NCBI RefSeq assembly: GCF_902459465.1
Contig: NC_047062.1
Span: 10,168,001 to 10,232,000 of the forward strand
Direction: 5' to 3'
From: Asterias rubens
Taxonomy: Eukaryota
DNA length: 64,000 bases
Shown: one piece after another, positions 12,101-26,049 of the stretch
Position numbering within the stretch: the stretch's first letter is position 1
Layout: each line of letters starts with the position of its first letter
Translations under genes and position numbers: made by a program
The notes under the pieces: generated by a model
Seen by the model: the letters and a program-made list of their open reading frames with translations, nothing else
Databases searched by the model: none
What the model was told of the DNA's origin: nothing

Positions 12101-13787
12101 AACACTAGGTGGATTCATTTTGATATTCTTCAATCCAAAACTTCAGTTACCGACCCTGCCTGAGTTTCAGTTATTCCACTCTCTGCACCCATTTGAGAGG
12201 TACGATTTCATCTACAAGGATATGTTCTGGTTTGAAAAGGGGAACAGCACAGGATCACAAGTTTACTCACACTTGCCGCTAAGGATTGTATGGGGAGTTC
12301 AACCAATAGACAGCGGCAATCCGTTTGATCCCGAAAGCCATGGTGAGATCACGTTTGATAAGACGTTTAACATCGCCCTCCCGGAGGCTCAGCAATGGCT
12401 TTTTAATTTCTGCGCCCGGTTGCGTAACCAAAGTTTCTTTCTCCCTACCGTAGGATTGCAGTTCAAGAACTGTTTTATTGAAAGTTTTAGAACTTGGATG
12501 CAGACAAGAAGCTGCATTGATATTAATACAGGAGAGAACCTTATGCCTTGCTGTAGGGAAAGTGTATTTCCATATCCTGAAGAAGTCTTTGATAAATGTC
12601 TCCGGGATGCAGTAAGTGTGCTGTACTATGAATTCCCTATGGCCTTTACAAAATTCACTCCAGGGCCTCGGTTTGGCGGCCCAGAGGATCGAGTAGTTGC
12701 AGCCATCGTCGAGTTTGACAGCACACAAACGTACACATATTCATTTGAAAAAATTCAAGTATTTTGGAATGCGTTTGAGAACTGGGTGACTTCGGAGTTG
12801 AAGACTGCCCCAGAGACGATGAAACATGGGTGGATCACAAGTTTTGTGGACTTTTACGATCTGCAGGATAATTTAGCTCATGGGATGCCAATAGCTCTCG
12901 GCATGTCCATTATTATCTCCACCTGTGTTATGTTTGTAACCACACAGAACCTCCTGATTAGTGTGTATGCTATTCTGTCCATATCTGGCACCATATGTGT
13001 GACCATTGGGGCTCTGGTACTGCTGGGCTGGCAGCTCAATATCCTTGAGTCTGTTATTCTATCAGTTGCTGTTGGGCTCTCTGTCGATTTTACTGTACAC
13101 TACGGTGTCGCGTACCGAATCGCGCCGGAAACCGACCGGGAGTCGAGAGTTGTTTTCTCTTTGGGTCGTATGGGGTCTGCAATCACGATGGCTGCACTGA
13201 CGACCTTCGTGGCAGGTGCTTTAATGATGCCTTCTACAGTCCTTTCCTACACACAGATGGGAACCTTTCTTATGTTAATCATGTCAATAAGTTGGGTGTT
13301 CTCCACCTTCTACTTTCAATCGCTCTGCCGCACCATAGGGCCAGAGGGCTCACTCGGACAGTTCCCACTGCTTGGTTGTGCATGCTGCGCATGGAGAAAG
13401 AACACAGTCAGGGCTGCAGACTCGGAAGCCATCCATTCCCACTCCTCAGAAGTGCCAAGCTCAGGAGAATCTCACGAACTGGAACCGCTCAGCTCCTTTG
13501 CGACTTCAAATTTAAACTCTCCCAAGCCAAGCTCAAGTTCATTCCATAGTAGTAGTAAATACCCACATCACCTTGGTGTTGTACCACCGCAATGTCTCCT
13601 TACGAAGCAAAGAAAGGAAACACCTCCTTTACCTGGAGCCTCTGGACCGCTATGCTCGGAGGTAATCTGGGAGGGAACCAGTAAGTTTGTGACACGACTC
13701 TATAAGCCGGTGGCACAATGTGAACCAGCTCCAGTGATTTTACCAAACAAAAACCCAAATGTCCCTGATATTTGGGTCAAAATGTAA
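9138..13787 (+). CDS. DISP1: Protein dispatched homolog 1 (RND/SSD Hedgehog-release transporter), 3' part: exons 9138-9504 and 10807-13787; N-terminal exons not found in the window
   Basis: Exon 9138-9504 (AG 9136-37, GT 9505) reads [19 protein letters not shown]...FFCSNP and joins in phase 1 to exon 10807 (AG 10805-06) SRDYARVV. Hallmarks: [23 protein letters not shown]4 [28 protein letters not shown]10 [11 protein letters not shown]. The two exons total 1116 codons including the stop. Confidence 0.93.
9612..10212 (+). mobile_element. 5'-truncated L2/CR1-type non-LTR retrotransposon 3' fragment in a DISP1 intron
   Basis: ORF 9576-10130 has [66 protein letters not shown] (RT C-terminal region), followed by a short 3' UTR and a (TTA)n tail near 10196-10211. 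5' boundary approximate. Confidence 0.85.
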
Positions 13788-14845
13788 GTATTTAAGTTAA
13801 GTAAGTGTGTTCAGGGATTACATGAAAGAGTGAACACTTTTGAAGGATGCTGCTTGGCTTCTCTATAATCAGAATCCCATGGGAATCCCATGGGACTTTA
13901 TTGTAAGGGTAACCAAAAGCTTTTGCTGCCATTAATGGTAAGACTGCTTCCAAATTTGTACCTTCTCTTTAACTGTTTGGCTCAGACATGATGAACAATT
14001 TCAGAGACTGATATCCCAGCAGGTATTGGCAATGCCACTCTGTGTGGTTTCACCCAAATAATGTTTGATTGAGAACTGCACAAACAATCGATAGATGACA
14101 AAAAATTTTTTAACTTTCATCAATACTTTTGAAAGTTTTCTTCTTGTGATTAAATTACACAGTAATTCATATTGTCAGAGCTCAATTTGTTTTGGTGGGG
14201 GGATCCATAGGACCACAGGACTTGTGTCTCAAAATGTTCACCGGATCAGAAATATTTACTTGGTCAGATTCAAAAAGAGAAAAAACTTCCTAGCACAGTT
14301 TAACATGCATTTCACAGTATGTATTTAAACAAGCTTGATGACATGTAGAATAGGGGAAGATTTCTTTCATTTGTCTTTATGCATAATCATCTTTCTTTAA
14401 TCAATAGAATTGAAAATAAAAGGTACTGGAACATTATTTGTTTCTGCATAGTATTTTACACAGTAAGATAGTATCATTGAATTGAAAAACACAAGAGGGC
14501 CTAGACTTGTGTGGTTGTAAATTTTCTGTTCCAATGTTAAACTTAAACACACTGGCCTCAGGCAAGCGGTCCAGTGTCAAATTTGAGCCCTGACTACAAT
14601 GGTAAGAAAATAAGTGAAGAGCTGAACTCTTTGGGTTGTTTGATTTTGAAAGGAGGTAATTTGACAGCACCACACTTCAAAGAATTCTCTACCAAGGTTG
14701 TTTAGTATTTAATACATTCCTATACTGTCACATTTCTGTTTGAAGCTCGGAATTATATGATTATCGATCAAGCATGTGATTGTATCAATAGATGTTTCTA
14801 TGATAAACCCGCTATTTTTGTATTATGTTGTTGTTTTTGTATTAA

Positions 14846-15223
14846 AGGCAGTGGACACTATTGGTAATTACTCAAAATAATTATTAGCATAAAACCTCAC
14901 CTGGCAACAAGTTATATGGAGAGGTTGATAGTATAAAACATTGTGAGAAACGGCTCCCTCTGAAGTGACATAGTTTTTGAGAAAGAAGTAATTTTCCACG
15001 AATTTGATTTTGAGACCTCAAGTTTAGAATTTGAGGTCTCGAAATCAAGCATCTGAAAGCACACAACTTCGTGTGACAAGGTTTTTCTTAATTTCATTCA
15101 CATCTTGCAACTTCGACGACCAATTGAGCTCAAATTTGCACAGGTTTGTTATTTTATGCATATGTTGAGATACACCAAGTGAGAAGACTGGTCTTTGACA
15201 TTTACCAATAGTGTCTACTGTCT
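14846..15223 (-). mobile_element. Kolobok-like MITE family A
   Basis: TTAA-aggcagtggacac...gtgtctactgtct-TTAA. Confidence 0.85.
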
Positions 15224-16333
15224 TTAAGAGGAAGTTGTATATTTCAGCCGGATGCTGATATGTAATGGGTTTATTTACCTAGGTAACACCTTCAGGACAA
15301 ACAATTATATGAGTGCCCAAAAGAAAACAGAACAGGCAAAAAAAACATGTTGCCTTGGAACAAAAGTTTTAAGAAGCATCTTGATATGTTTGATGGTGGT
15401 AGCTTGTTTGATGGAAGGGAGATTTTTCACATAAAATGAGGCCCAGCAAACCGATGTATATCCACAACTTTGGCACTCTTAACTATTATTGTTGAATATT
15501 TGATTGATAATTTGTTTGTATATTATTGATCATGCAATTGCATATATTTTAATGGCGTTTGTGATCGTGCAATAATTATCATATCAATGAATTGTAAACT
15601 TTATTAGATTCTATTACACTAAAGGTGGCTCGATCTTGCTATATCATGAAGCATATAGACCTTATGCACATGACGTCATTTCAGTAGGGCGCCTCAGTGG
15701 CCTATCCTGTGCGCCGCACAAACAAATCTGTGCGTTGCGATTGTTTCATCACCGTTTTACCTCTAAGATGGCGGTTGGATGACGTCAATGCATCTACCCA
15801 CAGGTCCTTTGATTCCTGTTACAAACATCATGTGTCACCAAGATTGTTCTTCCCAAAAGTTCATGAGCAATATTGGTAGCTCTGTTAAAGAACAGTATTT
15901 GAAATTTGTGTGACCAAATTATTCGCATAAATTAACAAGTCTGTGAAAATTTAAGCGCAATCAGATATCAGAGTCATAAGAAAGTAGTATTTAAACAGAA
16001 TAAATTAAACCCAACCAAAAAATAGACAAAATAAGATGAATCTGCAAAGGCAGGGGATTATGCTGAAATATCTCCAATCTTGATTGACCAGGTTCAGATT
16101 TTGCCTGACCCACTTGCTGGTCAGCCTAACAGAGAAACAAGAAAATTTATTAAAAATGGGATTTTTAACCTGGTCTGCTTCGTGTTGACCCACATATGGA
16201 TCTTTTTGACACCAAATCCAGGTCATTCTGACCCACAAATGAGTCAGGCCCCCACATGGAACCTGGATCCAGGTCAAATCTGACTTATACGTTTTTAGAG
16301 TGAAGAGGGATACTGGGGTATGTACACTCTTAG

Positions 16334-16719
16334 AGGCAGTGGACACTAGTGGTATACACAAAATAACTATTAGCATACAACCTCACTTGGTTTTATGAGT
16401 AATGGGGAGCTGTAGTATAAAATCTTATGAGAAACCACTCGCTCTGAAGTAACGTGGTTTTCGAAGAAAGAAGTAGTACTCCAATAAAATATTTGAATTT
16501 GATTTTGAGACCTCAAAATTAGATTTTGATATCTCAAAATTAGATTTTAAGGTCACAAAATCATGCATTGTGTGATAATGGTGTTTTTTCTTTCATTATT
16601 ATTACCTCAACGATCAATTGAGCTCAAATTTTCACAGGTTGGTTATTTTATGCGCATGTTGAGATACACCAAGTGAGAAGGCTGGTCTTTGGCAATTACC
16701 AATAGTGTCCACGTGTCTT
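16334..16719 (-). mobile_element. Kolobok-like MITE family A
   Basis: aggcagtggacac...caattaccaatagtgtcc with the same internal sequence. Confidence 0.75.
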
Positions 16720-18222
16720 CAATATGAATTGAAATAAATTGTGTGGGTTTACAAGACAATCCAAAACAAAATTTATCCCTGTAATGGTAGAGATACATTT
16801 TACCCACAGGGATATTGGCTTAGGTGCCCCCCTCCCCCTCCCAGTATCAATAACATTAATTGACAGCCCTTGATTTTATGAGAAAGCATTACATTCTTAT
16901 TATTCTTGTGGTGCCTGTTATACTTACTGCTGCACTTTAATTGGAAGATGTACTCAAAATAAAAATTAATTATTAAAATATTATTGTAATTGACACTTTG
17001 GGTTCAGAAGAAGTTGTTGTGTCATTCATTGTATCATAATGTTGCTTTTGTTTGCCAGGTTACTAAAAAGGTTACTGTATTTGTTTATTTATAGGTTTTA
17101 CCATTACATTTCGGCGAAGAATTAAACCTGAATGCCATTTAACATTAAGATGAAAAGTTTATAATATTTAACTATTTGTTTTTAGCTGCACTGCATTCTA
17201 TTTCGTGTCAGATGATTTCGTTCTGTAGTTTTGAGCATGCGCAAATTACCGAGAACAATGGGTAAGTCTGCTGCCACTTGGCGTCCCATTTTGAACGATT
17301 TACCAACCTCTATAACTGCTGGCTAATCTTTGCTATTACTATTTTTGCGACTATTTGGAAAGTTTCATTCGACAAACATACAGTTTGGCAAGTTACTTTC
17401 AATTGCTCTTACACTTTTGTAGGCCTTATTAAATTTTGATGAAGCACTCTGCACTGGTGCTTCATTCTCTCAAACGAAATTGAATGAGCCAGGTTTTAAA
17501 CTGAACGAGTTTTTTGTTGAACTTTGTTGGGAAACCTAAATTTTAAACCATATTGAAGGTAATGCGGTGCAGCTGATATTGTCTCCGTAAATTAAAATTG
17601 GGTCTAAAAAGATAATTTGGGGTCTCCGTTTTAAAGCATAGAGAACGGAAAAGAAACTACGTCTATGGTCTATTATTGACTACCCCCATTGTTTGCGCGG
17701 TGTTGTGGGGAGCGGTGCGTGGGTTAGCACCCTCTCGCGGGAACATTGTGATAAATCAAACCGAGTAGGTGTTGCACCACAAGGATAAAGACAGGTACTT
17801 GCTTTTCAGAACCAGTGATTTCATTGGTTACAATTAAACGTGCAGTGAAGCATGAAGGAATCAATTAGCTATACACAAGCTATTTTCCCTTTAGATTATA
17901 TGTAACATTTGAACAATTACTCGTCACACTTTTTCCCTTCTTTGAACACAGTCGTCAAGTCCTTCGTAGAGCTGACCAAACTGCTGTTTAGTGTAAGATG
18001 ACGGAGCAGAGTTCATCTTCAGCGAGAGGCTATCAAGATCCGCTTGAACAATATTTTAGCAAGCAGAGAGGGGAGGGGCCGGTGGAAAGTGATAACGCTC
18101 CAGTTTCACAGTATGGCCACAACATGGATTTAAGGCAGAATATAAAATTTAAGCTAGCGAGCCATAATAAGTGAAAAGGAAAAGACATTATTTCATTTAA
18201 TATCCGAAATACTTTATCGTAA

Positions 18223-18350
18223 GGCCGTGTCCGAATTGGCGATTTTGACTACAGCTACGGCTAGATCAGCGCGTCTGTCAGTGTTGAAGAATGGCAGACG
18301 CGCGCACCCTAGCCGTAGCTGTAGCCGAAGTCGCCAATTCGGACACGGCC
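18223..18350. mobile_element. 128-bp hairpin MITE, PIF/Harbinger-like
   Basis: ggccgtgtccgaattggcga...tcgccaattcggacacggcc flanked by TAA on both sides. Confidence 0.8.
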
Positions 18351-21300
18351 TAACTTTGTATTCTCAACGAATCTACTAAGATGACTTTAGGTAAATTTTT
18401 ATTGTTATCAACATGCATTGAACATCTCAAGTTATCTTTGTGTTCCTCTTTTTTGTGCTGTCCTTTTATGACAACCTGTTAGACGAGATTTATTCATAAA
18501 AAAATAACTCTATTTAATGAAACTCTGGACTTGTTTTTCTGCACATCCTATTCCTTTTATTTCAAACTAAAATAAAATACAACAACATAAAGGAGCTTAA
18601 TTCATAGTCTCAAAAAAACCTCTATGATTAAACAGTGCAAACAAAAAACTGTTCTATTTTAGGCTTGTATGCATGGATTGGTTGATTGATGAAAATGAAC
18701 GTGCTATTGAGAACCGGTGATTTCATTGTATACAATGACTTGAATGGATAAACGTGCAGTGACGCAGCTTTTACTTTTATCCGTGTTTTGATTGGATTGG
18801 TCCGATGTGATGTGGATGCAGCTGACAACATCACCTCGGACCAATCAAAACACATAATATGGAACACTAACTTTCAGGTTGTCTGCATGTCGGCAGGCTA
18901 CATGTAGTCTCCATTGTGGTATGTGCAGAACACTCTACTACCTGCAATGGTCTATTCGGGATTCGACTGTGTGTGGAATGAATGTAGGTAAAAAGGTAGC
19001 AACTTTAAGAATTTAAGAATAAAATCCATACACACCCGATAGACTTGGTTCCAAGTCTGTGATTATGGCTTTTAGTCTACCCGATAGCCAACACTTTGCC
19101 TGAAATAGCGCCCTCTTGCAGGCAGATTAACCTCTGGGCGCGTGATAGCTAATAATGTGGGGCGTTTTTCTTGGTTGATGCAGAGGAATAATATCGGGAT
19201 CTCAGATTTGAAATCAAGTCTATACACACCTAGCCAATCAGGCCAGCATTTACAACAATATAAAAACCTAGGCTATGAGGTGCGTATTTACGAGCGTCAA
19301 AGTGTAACGTCCAGTTGTTTAGCAGGCTGTGACCATAACTATAGCAAAATTATTACAGCGTAACCATACAGTGGGATGTGTAGCCTTGACCAATGCGTTC
19401 TTTGAACGTTGTTCTTTCATTCATCTATATTGTCTTTTGTTTGGTTTGTTTTCCTTTTGCGCTAACACCCGAGCTATGTGCAGTCTCTTTGTGTGTAAAA
19501 AATGCATCATTGTCTCACTGCTCATTGACCGGAGTGAAAACTGCGACGACCCTGAGCGAGGTTTACTGTTTGCAGGAAAACGAATCGGAATAATAAATGG
19601 ATATCGGTACGTTTTGTTGGCACTTTGATCATATCAAAATATTGCCAACAGTTGATTTTGGCATTCGATTAACGCCCAAAACTCATGCGTTTGTTCGGTA
19701 TATAAATATTTATTTTCTTACAGTTTGAAAGATGGCATTTCCCTTGGTACCAGCAACTCCTCGAGTCGGCCTACGTCATGTTGCCCAGATCTCAATGGTT
19801 TTTCTCATAGTCCTCGTTGGCCTAAAAGTGCCGCCTGCTGTAACAGATTCCCCTCACATTTTGTCCCTCATACTTAATCTATGTTTTCCCCGGTACTTTC
19901 GACCAATATTTGTGCCAAGTGCTCCAACCACACACAGGGACACTTTTATCTGTCAAGTTTTTACGAAGAAGTTCTCTGGTCAGGTATTGGTTCTTGTTGA
20001 TCTTGTTTACCTCTTTCGAAACTATAGCCTACATACCATTGGCAAAGTACAGCTATGCCAATGAGATGACACATATTTAATTCATTCATTCATTCATTAT
20101 TGGTTTATTCTTTAAAAACAAATTCCCATGACAACCGGAGGTCGAATTACAGAAAAATGTACACAGATTGAAAATTAGTAAAACAAAAATCACACTATAT
20201 ATTACAAATTTAAGACATAATTGGTTTAAGGAGAGATAAATATTTACAATGTATAAAAGAAGTTGTTTTATAAAATCGTCTTCGTCCAAATAAACAACAT
20301 CCAGAGACTCTCGAGACGTCAATATGAATTGATAGACTTGTGGCTTCAAACGAAAGATTTAAATCTGAATGATTTTCGACAACTTTAGTGCACTTTAATT
20401 CCACTTTCCGAACTATTTGTTTTATTTTTCCAACACAAGCTTCTGTGGTGTTCATGCATGAGCAACCTGACCCGAATAAAACCACTTCAGTCATCAGTAG
20501 ACCTACTACAGCACACGGTTTGTACTGCTTCAAATTTGTTTGAACGAGTTCAGCTGCTTCTCGGTGCGCTTTAATTAAGCCCTTCGTAGAGCAAGGTCCA
20601 GCTTCTACAAGTCATCTTTTTAGTGTAAGTTATATATCCTCAACAAATTCTTGATGAATCTTTCACGTTATTACTTGTATGAATGGTTGAATAGCACCGC
20701 ACACCAGAGTAAGAAACTTCACCCAAAAGTGGTCCATGGAACGATTTCAACCATTGTGTGTTTGTCTACAGAGAGGGTCCTTCTCTCAAGGTTTGGTCGG
20801 TCTATCGATTGTTGTTATATCTTTTTATGTTTTTTTTTCTTGTAATAAAGCTGGTATACATACACTGAACAATCGGTGAGAATAGATGTGACCTGTGACG
20901 TCACATGTTTACAGAAGAGCCACCAAGCCTGGACTTCCTGCAGGCACGATTTGTACACAGCCTAATGGAAAGAAAAATAAAATCTTATATTTTATGGGAT
21001 TGCACTGTCCAATTTCTTATCAACTTTTGATGTGATGAAAGGGGGCACATCTGAAAACTTGTGTCCAGCTTTTACTGACACAAAATGCCAACTTTCCCTT
21101 AATTATGCCCAGTGCAGTATCTTGCCTGTCAGACTAGCTAAAGAATGCACACGGTCACACATTGTAAAAAAGGTTCACATGGTCTATATCTTTACACTTG
21201 AAAGTGGCTGGTTGCATGTATAAAAGCGCAAAACCTTGATAGGCATTGCGCCGTATCGCCACCATCAGATGTATAATATTTATTGCACATCGGTGGTGTG

Positions 21301-22289
21301 TCATCACTAACCCCATTCCCAATTTTATAGAGCGGCTTCAAAAGCTTAAAAAGTGCTAAGCATAACAAAATAATTGTGAGCAGAATAAGGTTACAGGCTA
21401 AGCTATTTACAATACGGAACTGTCATCCTGCTCGGTTGTGCTTTTAGAGAAACATGTTAAGCAATAATATGTTATGCTTAAGCAGATCTATAAAGTTTGG
21501 TCTGGTAGGGATTTATTGAGAAACAACGCTGATTGGCTCCAAAGGAAGACTGACCTCTTGTTACAAACTTTCGAGCGCTCTTATATGGCGATTGATAATT
21601 AGAGGCCTAAACGTGTGTAAACTTAACGAAGTATTTGTTTTACAGAAAGAGAATTAAAAACGAAAATGGTGAAAAGTGGATTTTCTGGACCAAAACAATA
21701 CCTTTGGCGAGATCCGGTTTTGAAAAGAATCCCTGACCAATTGTTGGCAATTTTGTTGGACAAGGCATTAAAGTGGGGCCCCTAGTGTGTTTTTATTCAT
21801 TACTTGTATAACAACTTAATTTAGCTTGTGTATAATCGTCTGTAAAAAAAGAAGAACTTACTTACTTGAATTATATTTAGGTTATCTTGGCTGGCCTAAT
21901 ATTTATCGCATATCCGCCCCCTCTCAATGGAACCCTAATTTTTGGCCCACATGCCGATAACATACTCCCAGGTAACCGCCTACATGGGATAATCCGAATT
22001 TGCCGATGTTTTTACCCCAAATGAGCCCCAGATGTATGGGTAATCTGGGCCAACCCTTGTGGGGCCCATATGGATCTTGGTTGCAGCTTGTAGGATCCGG
22101 TGGGGGCCCATGGGATGGGACCCATGTTGGCCCGTAGGCCTTCACGGGACCGTGCCATTCGGGACCCACATGTATTCCAAAGCATGGGCTTTTTTAGGCA
22201 TTCCCATATGATACCATTATGAATCTTGGGTGCAGGATCCGCTAGGGGCCGCGTGTGAATACCTGGGGCCGTGAAAGGCACACAGTTAA

Positions 22290-22673
22290 AGGAACACGTT
22301 GCCTTGGATCGGACGAGTTGGTCTATAAAAAGCGTTTGTAACAGTTTGTTTTTAAATGCATATGATTGGGAAGATGTTTTAAAAGTAGAATACAATGATC
22401 CATACAAATTTGCCTCAAAATTGTGTGGTTTTCCTTTTACTATGCGAACTAACACGGTCGGCCATTTATGGGAGTCAAAAATTTGACTCCCATAAATGGC
22501 TGACGGTGTTAGTCGACGTGAAAAGGGAATAACAACGCAATTTTGTGTGATACTTGTGTGGATCATTGTATTCTACTTTTAAAACATCTTTCTACCCATA
22601 TGCATTTTATATTGAAATGGTTACAAACGCTTTTTCAAAGACCAACTCGACTAATCCAAGGCAACGTGCTCCT
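22290..22673. mobile_element. Palindromic (foldback) TTAA MITE family B; second copy at 49308-49699
   Basis: TTAA-aggaacacgttgccttgg...ccaaggcaacgtgctcct-TTAA; palindromic along most of its length with centre atttatgggagtcaaa/tttgactcccataaat. Confidence 0.85.
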
Positions 22674-22737
22674 TTAAGCTCGGAGTAACAAACCAGATCT
22701 AGTATGTTTCTCACTAGTAATTGTGTTTCATTTGCAG

Positions 22738-23619
22738 ATGGCAGATTGCAATTCGTCGGCACAGGTTCGGCTCATGACGTGGGTGGTGCCTCGTTCTGTA
22801 TCCACTGCCTTCACTAAGTTTATGAGCTTTGCCTGTGAGGATTCAACTATAATCTTCGAGCCTTATGTCAACGCTTACTGGTTTGGGCCCGAGGGTGTAC
22901 AAGATGCTACTCATCGAGCCAAAGCAAAATCTATAATGGAGGAAACCAACAAGAGAACAACAATCACAGGAGGGCGAGAACCATCCGACTATACATATGG
23001 TCTCGTCAAGGAGCAACTTGATGCTCCTTACACGGGCAACAAGTTGGTATTCAGTAAAAATGGCGCATGTACTGTCATTGACAAACTTGATTTTCTCCCG
23101 AAAGATTACCGTCATGTGTTTCTTTTCCGTCATCCTCTCAAAGTCTTCGCATCTTGGAAGAAATTGTATCAGATTTTTACTCCGCATGAGTTTCAACTTG
23201 ATGAGGTTGCCCCTGTAATGTTTCCTCCAGGTTTCTTTTTCCGTGAAATGGTCGAATTGCTGGAGCATGTGAGAGAGGTACACAATCCCAAGGCAATCAT
23301 TATAGATGCAGATGACCTCCTCTCTGACCCCAAAGGCATCCTATCAGCCCTCTTTAAGGAGGTTGGTCTTCCCTTTGATGAGAAGTGTCTTCAGTGGGAG
23401 GCCGGGGATAAGATTGCCGGGCAGTGGGCATCTTCTACTTTGTTACCTAAAGGAAACGAAGTGTGGGGCTTTTATCGCAGAGCATTGGAAAGCTCCTTTT
23501 TTGGAAAGCCTAGTGCTCTGCCCGACCGGTCGTCATTACCTGACGATGTCCTCCGTTGCACGGATGTCTCGATGCCTTACTATGAAAAGTTGTACGCCCA
23601 GCGTTTACTGCCAAACTGA
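22738..23619 (+). CDS. Sulfotransferase-like P-loop protein, copy 1 (293 aa, single coding exon)
   Basis: ATG immediately after the acceptor tttcatttgcag. Motifs TWVVPRSVSTAF (PAPS-binding-loop-like), IIFEPY, HVFLFRHPLKVFASW, IIIDADDLLSDP, LPFDEKCLQW. These match the sulfotransferase domain family also found N-terminal to BCAT-like proteins. Confidence 0.85.
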   Translation: MADCNSSAQVRLMTWVVPRSVSTAFTKFMSFACEDSTIIFEPYVNAYWFGPEGVQDATHRAKAKSIMEETNKRTTITGGREPSDYTYGLVKEQLDAPYTGNKLVFSKNGACTVIDKLDFLPKDYRHVFLFRHPLKVFASWKKLYQIFTPHEFQLDEVAPVMFPPGFFFREMVELLEHVREVHNPKAIIIDADDLLSDPKGILSALFKEVGLPFDEKCLQWEAGDKIAGQWASSTLLPKGNEVWGFYRRALESSFFGKPSALPDRSSLPDDVLRCTDVSMPYYEKLYAQRLLPN

Positions 23620-23930
23620 TGAACTGCAGATATCTCTAAAGCAGAGAGAGGCGCTCCACCATTATCACCCCTGGTCACTGCGTCATTGTTGTATTACTTT
23701 TAAACCATCCCAAATAGAGAGCACCAAGATAAATCAATTAAAACCTTATCTTCCTTCATCTACTCATCTACCAGCGTGTAGAGAAACGTTGATCGAGGGC
23801 AAAAGTCTCATGACCGGGATTCGATCCCAAAACATCCAGATGACATAGCCACACGACACACAGTAAACGGTGTCCGGATGTTTGTTCAATTCAGAAGAAG
23901 AAAACACACCCTGTTCGACCTAAACAGCTG

Positions 23931-24178
23931 GGCCCAATTTCATGGCTCTGCTTACCGCCGAATTCTGCGCTTACGATCACGATTCCCCGCTTACGTGCAA
24001 GCGCCGAATTTCTGCGCTAGCCTTGTAAGCGTAAAATGCCTAGTAACACGGAGTACGCACGCGCACAAGCCAAAATTCGCCGCTAACCCATGAAATAAGC
24101 TTGCCGTAAGCACATAATTCCCTGCTTCCGTAAGCGCCGATTCTGTGCTTACGGTAAGCAGAGCCATGAAACTGGGCC
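23931..24178. mobile_element. Harbinger-like MITE
   Basis: TIR ggcccaatttcatggctctgcttaccg / cggtaagcagagccatgaaactgggcc with 3-bp TSD CTG. Confidence 0.8.
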
Positions 24179-24342
24179 CTGCACTCCTGCATATTTTTTT
24201 AATACAAATAACATAAACGCATCTGCAGATTTTACACGTGATCGTACAATAGGTTCGAGTCTTTTAAACAGTAATGACATTCGAGCACGACGGAGTGCTC
24301 TTTTAAAGGGCACCCTTAAATTCACTAGAAATGTTTGTTTAA

Positions 24343-24727
24343 GACACTGGACACTATTGGTAATTGGCAAAGACTAGTCTTCACAGTTGGTGTATCTCAA
24401 CATAAAAATGCATAATACAACAAACTGGTGAAATTTGAGCTCAATCGGTCGTCGAAGTTTCAAGATATTAATGACAAAAAAAAACACCCTTGTCGTCAAA
24501 CGAAGTTGTGTGCTTTCAGATGCTTGATTTTGATACCTCAAACTCTAAATCTGAGGTCTCGAAATCAAAGTCGTGGAAAATTACTTCTTTCTCGAAAACT
24601 ACGTCACTTCAGAGGGAGCTGTTTCTCACAATATTTTATACTATCAACCTCTCCCCCATTACTCGTAATCAAGAAAGGTTTTATGATAATAATTATTTTG
24701 AGTAATTACCAATAGTGTCCACTGCCT
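24343..24727 (+). mobile_element. Kolobok-like MITE family A
   Basis: TTAA-gacactggacactattgg...gtgtccactgcct-TTAA. Confidence 0.85.
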
Positions 24728-25520
24728 TTAAGAATACTGATAAGAATATTAAAACACTGGGTGTTTGTCTGAATAGCAGGTAAATATAAGTAAAAGCAAA
24801 TAATGAGCACGAAGCCTAAATAATCAGTAACACTATATTTATAAAGAACTTTTCATATGATATCAAACTTTAATTACAGACATTACAGGGATTCAAATGA
24901 TAAACGCTGTGATTCTCAATATTTTTGAAGCAATGACCTCAATTTTAAAACCGCATGCCTGTGTTAACATGGTTGTGTATTTTGAAGAGCGTAAACAGGT
25001 TCCAGGTTGTGGGGAAAACTGTCACAGACGTTTGTTGTTTACCAACCCGTTTTCGAGTAGCTCTCACTGTTTGGGCGAGTATCGTCGGGAGCTTTTTTTA
25101 CTTCCTGTGTCTCATTATTAATGGAGGTGATTGCTTTAACTTATATGCTATTTAATTATGCTAGTTGGTTTAGCCGTTACGTTTTTTTATATATATTATA
25201 TCAACCTGACTCATCTATGTACCGAACTGTTATCTCTGAATTGTTTGTATCCAATCGTTATAGTCATATATCATTCTAGCGTAGTATTTGGGCTAATTGC
25301 CTTTATTTCCCAATTCTATAATTAGAGCTGACTGTCTATCATCTTTTTTAACCATGGTTTACCCTATGTGTATTTATCTATTGTAACAGCTATTATTTCG
25401 TTCTGCATTTTGAGTGCTGTTTATACTGTTTTGTTTTGTATTGTTGTAATGGGCAAACCCATCACAAGCCTCGGCTATCAGGATGATCCCCGTGTGCAAA
25501 TGTGGAAATAAATTTTCCAT

Positions 25521-25740
25521 TTGTTGATTGATTAATTAATTGATTGATAGATTGATTGGTTGATTCATTTATTCATTGATTCGTTGATTCATTGATTCAT
25601 TGACTCATTGATTCATTGATTCTTTGATTCATTGAGTTCATTGATTCATTGAGTTCATTGATTCATTGATTGATTAACTCATTGATTGGTTGATTGCTTG
25701 ATTAATTGACTGATTGATTGATTGATTGACTGATGATTGG
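25521..25740. repeat. Compound (ATTG)n/(ATTC)n microsatellite
   Basis: Degenerate tandem gatt/catt units read directly. Confidence 0.9.
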
Positions 25741-26049
25741 TTTATGAAAAACCATTGCCTCTTTATATAATTTATGTATAAAGCAACATAAATTAGTTTT
25801 CCTAAATGGCTGGAGTGGTTGGCCACTGACATTGCGTTTTTATCTCAACAATGGTTTGCTAATAGACCCGTGACCGTGAGTGCGAAAATACAAAATGACA
25901 TGTTAATGTACACCCCAGTCTAAAGTCTGAGTGCTTTAAAAATAGCAGATAACCTTCAATTTTGTTCTACTGACAAGCTTAACTGTTCTCGGGGTATAGC
26001 CTTCTTCAACTCAGCTATAATGTAAGTTGTGACTCCTTAAAACCGTTAA

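Noticed and set aside
19225-19270. CCAAT followed by a TATA-like motif (similar pair near 35530-35570)
   Set aside because: Short motifs that are common in AT-rich DNA; no linked exon could be identified.
19700-20640. Coding-like - strand fragments (e.g. STWHKYW, LYEGL, also near 17950-18050) suggesting a decayed DNA transposase
   Set aside because: Fragments are short and stop-ridden; no family could be supported without a tBLASTn or HMM search.
21924-22260. GC-rich gggcccat/atgggccc repeats and ORFs (similar-looking tracts near 50650-50830 and 59890-60090)
   Set aside because: Looks like fragments of interspersed repeats; no termini or protein motif could be defined.
25521-25740. Regularly repeated sequence considered as a CRISPR-like array
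   Set aside because: A 4-bp microsatellite with no unique spacers, in a eukaryotic context.
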